Shown here: positions 58,300 through 64,000 of the stretch, one piece after another
Layout: each line of letters begins with the position of its first letter
Numbering within the stretch: position 1 is the stretch's first letter
NCBI GenBank assembly: GCA_043771335.1
Contig: JAYVHM010000007.1
Coordinates: 3,625 to 67,624 of the forward strand
Reading direction: 5' to 3'
Origin: a bacterium
GTDB lineage: Bacteria > Patescibacteriota > Minisyncoccia > Phycocordibacterales > UBA5272
Length of the DNA stretch: 64,000 bases
The notes under the pieces: generated by a model
What the model saw: only the letters and a program-made list of their open reading frames with translations
Told to the model about the DNA's origin: nothing
Databases searched by the model: none
Position numbers and translations under genes: made by a program

Positions 58300-59499
58300 A
58301 TGGCAGCAACAATAGAAAATTCAATATATTGGTTAGAAATAGACAAAGTAGTGCCTAATCCTTATCAGCCAAGAAGAGAATTTGACCCAGTAGCACTGAA
58401 TGAATTAGCTGACAGCATAAGACAATATGGTATATTGCAACCATTAGTTGTTAGTCGCATGGAAGAGCATGGCGAGGATGGATCTATCAATGTTATATAT
58501 CAATTAATAGCAGGAGAAAGAAGGTTGCGCGCGAGTAAGCTCGCTGGCCTTAACTCTGTGCCAAGCATCATCCGTATCGGTGATGACAATAGAGAAAAGC
58601 TAGAACTTGCAATCATAGAAAACGTAGTGCGTGAAGATCTTAACGCTGTGGAGCGTGCTATGGCTTATCAACGCCTAGCCGATGAGTTCAAATTGAACTG
58701 GACCGACATAGGTAAAAAAGTCTCAAAGAGTCGTGAATATGTCTCGAACACAGTGCGTATATTAATGTTGCCAGAGGATATATTAGAAGCACTTTCAAAA
58801 GGCAAGATAACAGAAGGACATACTCGTCCGCTACTAATGTTAATAGATAAGCAAGCTGAGATGATGACACTCTTTAAAGAGATGATGATAAGAAAGATGA
58901 CAGTGCGTGAAGCAGAAAAGATAGCCAGAAAAATCGCCTTTGAAAAAGTTAGAAGGAAATCAACAATGATGACTCCAGAAGTTGTGGACATGGAGGAGAA
59001 CTTAGCTAGTGCCCTTGGAACACGCGTGACCATAGAACCAAAAGAAAAAGGAGGAAAAATTATGATTGATTATTTTTCTCATGATGAATTGATGTCATTA
59101 ACTAGATTATTAAAAGGTGCAGGTGACAACAAGACTCACATGGGTATGATGGATTTTATACGTAAGGAAAATTCTTTTATGCAGCCTAGTGACAGTACGG
59201 CCGGAGCAGTGAGTGAAAGTGTTTTGGAAGATAATATAAGTGTAGAGACTATAAGTACATTACCAACAGATGAGATATTAGAAAATCTACCAGCGGAATA
59301 TTTTGAGAATAATAGTGCTCTTGCTGTGGGAGAAGAAGACTTGCCTATGGTAATGATGAATGACATGCCAAGAGAAGAGGAGAGAACTATCGGTAATGTA
59401 GACCAGACTAATGACGAAAAGATAATAGAAAACAAAGATTATCTTTCTGACAATACAGAGGACGAAGATCTGTATAATATAAATAAGTTTACGGTGTAG
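58300..59499 (+). CDS. parB: ParB/Spo0J partition protein with a long acidic tail
   Basis: PNPYQPR, GILQPL, IAGERR.RA, ENVVREDL, HTH. Confidence 0.95.
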   Translation: MAATIENSIYWLEIDKVVPNPYQPRREFDPVALNELADSIRQYGILQPLVVSRMEEHGEDGSINVIYQLIAGERRLRASKLAGLNSVPSIIRIGDDNREKLELAIIENVVREDLNAVERAMAYQRLADEFKLNWTDIGKKVSKSREYVSNTVRILMLPEDILEALSKGKITEGHTRPLLMLIDKQAEMMTLFKEMMIRKMTVREAEKIARKIAFEKVRRKSTMMTPEVVDMEENLASALGTRVTIEPKEKGGKIMIDYFSHDELMSLTRLLKGAGDNKTHMGMMDFIRKENSFMQPSDSTAGAVSESVLEDNISVETISTLPTDEILENLPAEYFENNSALAVGEEDLPMVMMNDMPREEERTIGNVDQTNDEKIIENKDYLSDNTEDEDLYNINKFTV

Positions 59500-59520
59500 T
59501 TAATAATTTAATATAAAATA

Positions 59521-59549
59521 AAAAGAGGCGACCGAAGGTCGCCTCTTTT
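59521..59549. terminator. Perfect palindrome with GCGACC-GAA-GGTCGC core between convergent parB and rel
   Basis: aaaagaggcgacc-gaa-ggtcgcctctttt. Confidence 0.85.
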
Positions 59550-61018
59550 TATTTCACAAAAAACTTGTCTACTAATCCACCATTTGTTTTTAGCCATGAT
59601 TTTATATGACGTTTTGCAAATTGAGTTTTACAGTAGTTAATCCATTTTCTATTTGGTTTTGCTTTACCACTGATTTCTATTTTTAGTATGTCTCTATTTT
59701 TTAATATATATTCAAAAGAAACTAACTTATCATTAGCATAAGCACGCAGAGCATGATCACCAATATCAGAATGTATCTGATATGCAAAGTCTAGTGGAGT
59801 AGATCCCTCTGGCAAGTCGAGTACATCACCTTTTGGAGTAAAAATAAAAACACGATGATTGAAAAAATCTTCTTTTAAGTGCTTCATGAACTCGTCATGC
59901 TTACTCACATCTTTTTGCCAGTCAAGTATCTCTTGTGTCCAAGTGGTTTTATTTTTTATACTGTTGGCGTGCACACCATCGCCTAATTCTTTATAATTAA
60001 GATGTGAAGCGATACCATACTCAGCCTCTTCGTGCATGTCTTTTGTTCTGATTTGCACTTCCACACTTTCTCCGTTACCAGTGAATATCGTAGTGTGTAA
60101 TGATTGATAACCATTCGGCTTTGGGACGGCAATATAGTCTTTGAAGCGACTTGGCTTTGGCTTATACAGCCCATGCACAACACCGAGCGCCTGATAACAG
60201 TCAGAGATATTTGGAACTATAATACGAAGGGCGATGATGTCATGGATTTTGTTTATATCATAGTCATATTTTTTTAATTTTTGCCACAGAGAATATAGAT
60301 GTTTTACTCTATGGTCAACACGCTCTATATTCACTTCTAATATTTTTAATTCTTCATCTAGATTATTCGCAACTTTTTCTAAAACTTCCTCATCGCCTGC
60401 TTTTATATTATTCAGTATATCCAAAGTTTTTTTGTATTCCTCTGGATAAACATAAGGGAAACAGCCATCCTCAAGCTCAGCTTTTAATCTTCCCATTCCT
60501 AGTCTGTCAGCTAGGCGAGCATGTATTTCCAAAGTCTCCAAAGCGATTCTTTTTCTCTTTTCTTCATTTACGAATTCAAGGGTGGAAATATTATGTAATC
60601 TATCGCAGAGCTTGACCACTACTACACGTATATCATCGCTAGCAGCTATGAAGAACTTGCGCAGACTTTCAACATGACGCTCTACACCCTGATAGTGCAC
60701 GTGTCCTAGCTTTGTGACACCTTCCACCAAGTTAGTGATTGTGACACCAAAATCTTTTTCCATCTCTTCTTTTTTGTATTCAGTATCTTCTAGCGTATCG
60801 TGTAGTAATCCAGCACAGATAGTCTCATAATCCATTTTTTGTTTTGATATATTTATGGCTGTGGCTATGCAGTGATTAAAATATGGCTCACCACTTTTCC
60901 TTAGTTGACCTTCATGTGCCTCCATTCCTTTTTCATAGGCGAGAGTAATTAGATCAATTTCTTTTTGATTCGTAATATAGTTACATTCTTTTAATATTTC
61001 TTCTAATGATGTATACAT
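59549..61018 (-). CDS. rel: RelA/SpoT homolog (HD + synthetase + TGS, no ACT domain)
   Basis: RKSGEPY..H, LLHD..ED, KL.DRLHN, KDYIA.PK.NGYQSLHT, EVQIRT, FTPKG, TPLDFAY. Confidence 0.95.
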   Translation of the reverse strand: MYTSLEEILKECNYITNQKEIDLITLAYEKGMEAHEGQLRKSGEPYFNHCIATAINISKQKMDYETICAGLLHDTLEDTEYKKEEMEKDFGVTITNLVEGVTKLGHVHYQGVERHVESLRKFFIAASDDIRVVVVKLCDRLHNISTLEFVNEEKRKRIALETLEIHARLADRLGMGRLKAELEDGCFPYVYPEEYKKTLDILNNIKAGDEEVLEKVANNLDEELKILEVNIERVDHRVKHLYSLWQKLKKYDYDINKIHDIIALRIIVPNISDCYQALGVVHGLYKPKPSRFKDYIAVPKPNGYQSLHTTIFTGNGESVEVQIRTKDMHEEAEYGIASHLNYKELGDGVHANSIKNKTTWTQEILDWQKDVSKHDEFMKHLKEDFFNHRVFIFTPKGDVLDLPEGSTPLDFAYQIHSDIGDHALRAYANDKLVSFEYILKNRDILKIEISGKAKPNRKWINYCKTQFAKRHIKSWLKTNGGLVDKFFVK

Positions 61019-61092
61019 ATATTATTTATAACATAAATAATATAAATTAAGAAGCATTTATAACATAAATAATTAAAATTAACCCAGTAGGT

Positions 61093-61153
61093 GATTTTGG
61101 TAAATCAAAAGCGCGAAAGCAAAGCTTTCGCGCCAGTGTAGAATATCTACACT
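61093..61153. terminator. Three consecutive hairpins between phoH and rel
   Basis: gattt-tggt-aaatc; gcgcgaaagc-aaa-gctttcgcgc (61111-61133); agtgtaga-ata-tctacact. Confidence 0.6.
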
Positions 61154-61176
61154 ATTTATTATACTAAGAATAATTC

Positions 61177-62574
61177 TTACAAATTATTCGCAGCCCAGTC
61201 ACTCATGATTGATCGGACTCCAAGATCAAGGAAAACTGCTGAGGCCCACGGCTGACCATTTGTTCTGACTGATATATTGGCGAGAGCATTATTGTTTTTG
61301 GACAAGTATGCCGTATCTATCTGAGTCACGTCACCAGTCAAAACAAGTTTTGATCCACTGCCAATACGAGTCATCCAAGTCTTACCAACAGAAGCAGAAA
61401 TATTTTGAGCTTCATCGATAATAACTAGAGTGTTTTCAAAGTTACTGCCACGAATGAACGCACCAGTTTCTATTCTAATCACTCCATCATTTAAAAGCTT
61501 ATCGAAAGGTGTCTGTTCAGATTCTTCCTCTGTTTCAGCTCTTTCTTTTCTTCTTGCAGTCTTTTTCTGATTCCTGGTCATTTCTGATGCTTTGTGCTCA
61601 AAAAAAGTATTAACAGGATCAATAAAAGATCCAAGCCAATTTTTCATCTTCTCATCTTTTGTTCCAGGTAGAAAACCAATATCGTTACCGTCAGCTACCA
61701 CTGGCGGCTTTGTGATGATGACTTGTTTATACAGTCCATCTTTAACCATTTTGATTCCAGTTAATACCGCCATCATGGTCTTGCCTGTACCAGCTTGACC
61801 TATCAGAGACACAAAAGTAATTTCCGGATTAAACAAATCAGATATTGCTTTTTCTTGAGCAAAATTCCTTTTAACTCCTTGATTTTTCCAATATTCAGGA
61901 ATGTAAGGCTTCACATAACCGTTTTCAAAAACAATATGTTTATTAAAAGTAAAATCTTTTACACCTTGTATTTTCTTTTGAAATGCATCTATGTCAACTT
62001 CGTTAGTCTTATAGCTTTCTGTTTTTAGGCCAAGGGCACGTGCTTTTAATGCAGCAGCACGGTCATTGGTTACAAAAACCACTTCACCTAGATGTTTGTG
62101 TTTATCTTGGTAATTTTGGGCTACAGATATAATTACATCATCGTTGAGTTGTATTGTATTTTCCGGCACCATTTCAATTTTTATTTCACCACCACCAACC
62201 AACTTTTTAAAGTCATTAGTGACGGATGAGTCGTGTAAAACTTTTAATGCAAGGCGGGCCATGAATAATTTTGTTTTATTTTTGTCCAGCTCACGCACTA
62301 CAGTGATAGGTATCACAACATAATTGTCATCAAAGTGATGTATGGCCTGAGGGTCATCAATCAAGACATTCGTATCTAATACAAAAACTTTTTTGATTTT
62401 GCTTTTTTTAGAAATGATTTTGATAGGCTTTATTTCCTTTACCGCTTTTTGATTGCCTCCAATATTTAGCTTTGTCCATTTAGCAGGTAGGCCCTTTCCG
62501 CTCAGATTGCTTTTTGCTTCTGCGTGTTCTAGGGGTTTGACTTTGGTTCTGATAACTTTCCGTTTTGTAGCCAT
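61177..62574 (-). CDS. PIN-PhoH fusion (PhoH2 family)
   Basis: FVLDTNVL, V.RELD, NDD, VTND PIN motifs; GQAGTGKT, GFLPG, RG, IIDEAQN, GD..QID. Confidence 0.93.
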   Translation of the reverse strand: MATKRKVIRTKVKPLEHAEAKSNLSGKGLPAKWTKLNIGGNQKAVKEIKPIKIISKKSKIKKVFVLDTNVLIDDPQAIHHFDDNYVVIPITVVRELDKNKTKLFMARLALKVLHDSSVTNDFKKLVGGGEIKIEMVPENTIQLNDDVIISVAQNYQDKHKHLGEVVFVTNDRAAALKARALGLKTESYKTNEVDIDAFQKKIQGVKDFTFNKHIVFENGYVKPYIPEYWKNQGVKRNFAQEKAISDLFNPEITFVSLIGQAGTGKTMMAVLTGIKMVKDGLYKQVIITKPPVVADGNDIGFLPGTKDEKMKNWLGSFIDPVNTFFEHKASEMTRNQKKTARRKERAETEEESEQTPFDKLLNDGVIRIETGAFIRGSNFENTLVIIDEAQNISASVGKTWMTRIGSGSKLVLTGDVTQIDTAYLSKNNNALANISVRTNGQPWASAVFLDLGVRSIMSDWAANNL

Positions 62575-62657
62575 TTCAGTTTTCCTTTTTAAAAAGAACG
62601 ACTAGCCGTTCCAGGTATACTATACAACATTTTTTCAGCTTTTCCTAATCTTACAAT

Positions 62658-64000
62658 TTATGTGGCAATCTTATCTGGTCTGTGCATCGGGCAGGATTTG
62701 TTACTGCATCTTGTTGGTATTGTTTTTGTTCCTTCTATCATGAGTTCATTACACATTTTACACAGTTCTCCTGTTGGTTTTGTTTTTACTATCAACTTGC
62801 AGTCAGGATAATTATTACAAGAGAAGAATGGTCCAAAGCGTCCACGACGTTCCTCGATATATCCGTCCGCACATTTGTTGCACTTGACTCCAGTGTTGCT
62901 CTTTGCTTTTTCTTCTTCTGATTTTTCTATGTATTTACATTTTGGATAATTAGCACAGGCTACGAACTTACCAAATTTTCCATCACGTTCAACTAGGTTG
63001 CCATCATTACACTTCGGACATACTTTACCTAGGTCCTTTGGTGGCTCCATTACTGTGCCATCTATTTTCCTTGCTCCCATACAATTAGGGAAATCAATAC
63101 AAGAATAAAAAGTTCCATTTCTAGCCAGCTTTTCCATCATGCTTTTATTACAAGTAGGGCAAAGTATATTTTCGGGTGCTGCATTCATATTCGTCGCCCT
63201 GTCTATATCTTGCTTACTTTCTACATCAGAGTGAAATGGTGTGTAGAATTCGCGCAGCATCTCTGCGTATTTTTCCTCACCACTTGCTATGTTATCTAAT
63301 TTGTCTTCCATTTCTTTTGTAAAGTCATCGCTGGTGTATTTTTGAAAATGTAAAGTTAGAAAATCACTCACTACTATTCCTGTTGAAGTTGGTATTAATG
63401 ATTTATTTATCTTGTCTACATAGCCACGGTCCTCAATAGTAGAGATAATAGACGCAAAAGTAGAAGGGCGACCTATGCCTCTCTTTTCTAATTCTTTCAC
63501 TAGTCCTGCCTCAGTATATCTGTTCGGCGGTGTTGTTGCTTTTTCTTCGACATTTATTTTCTCTAATTTTATATCATCACCTGCTGTGACTTTTGGTAAA
63601 TCATTTTCATCACCACGACTGAGCGGATCAGCGATTAGCCAGCCATCAAAAACTACAATAGATCCATTGATAGAAAAAGGCGGAACATGAGCGTCGACGC
63701 TAGTTGCTATTATTTTTGTGCGAAGCATTTTTACAGCTTTCATTTGACTGGCTACTGTTCTGGCCCAAATCATATTGTATAATTTATTTTCCTCCTCTGT
63801 ACTTCCGCCTGTTTTGTTTTCTGGATGAGTAGGGCGAACTGCTTCATGGGCTTCCTGAGCATTTTTGTTTTTAGTTTTGTATTCACGAGTTTCTAGATAG
63901 GTCTCTCCGTAATTTTTGCTTACCACTTTTGCTATTTCAGCAGTTGCATCCTTACCTAGTGATGTCGAGTCAGTACGCATGTAGGTAATTAGTCCCTTTT
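62658..64000 (-). CDS. topA: DNA topoisomerase I (5'-truncated by window)
   Basis: GLITYMRTDS, AQEAHEA.RPT, GIGRPST, C-terminal C4 zinc ribbons. Confidence 0.97.
   Translation of the reverse strand, partial: KGLITYMRTDSTSLGKDATAEIAKVVSKNYGETYLETREYKTKNKNAQEAHEAVRPTHPENKTGGSTEEENKLYNMIWARTVASQMKAVKMLRTKIIATSVDAHVPPFSINGSIVVFDGWLIADPLSRGDENDLPKVTAGDDIKLEKINVEEKATTPPNRYTEAGLVKELEKRGIGRPSTFASIISTIEDRGYVDKINKSLIPTSTGIVVSDFLTLHFQKYTSDDFTKEMEDKLDNIASGEEKYAEMLREFYTPFHSDVESKQDIDRATNMNAAPENILCPTCNKSMMEKLARNGTFYSCIDFPNCMGARKIDGTVMEPPKDLGKVCPKCNDGNLVERDGKFGKFVACANYPKCKYIEKSEEEKAKSNTGVKCNKCADGYIEERRGRFGPFFSCNNYPDCKLIVKTKPTGELCKMCNELMIEGTKTIPTRCSNKSCPMHRPDKIAT

Noticed and set aside
1-64000. Alternative genetic code (UGA recoding as in code 25)
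   Set aside because: All conserved genes translate full-length under code 11 with no in-frame TGA.

Overview
AT-rich, gene-dense bacterial chromosome segment. Gene content and gene forms point to Patescibacteria/CPR, Parcubacteria-like (inference): compact PheT without the B2 domain, short Rel, non-canonical EF-P loop, tRNA-Ile(UAU), tRNA-Arg(GCG). Housekeeping genes include murC, proS, tyrS, mutM, murE, efp, pheT, murB, murA, rplS, rodA, ruvA, rpsT, ftsH, recG, miaA, parB, rel and topA. The window also holds 13 tRNA genes, a partial SUF cluster, a 12-kb surface-glycan locus, a DpnI-like nuclease and a C5-methyltransferase/endonuclease pair, both next to tRNA 3' ends. No CRISPR array, rRNA, integrase or transposase was seen. 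The most unusual signal is five 'shadow' partial copies beside four different tRNA genes. In each, exactly 5 nt of the D-loop or T-loop region is replaced by a related 13-16 nt motif (CA...AGTAG-like) that always points toward the tRNA. Also notable: an apparently intact NlpC/P60 peptidase domain inserted inside PheT, widespread leaderless extended -10 promoters, and a family of perfect palindromes with C-NAA-G triloops.
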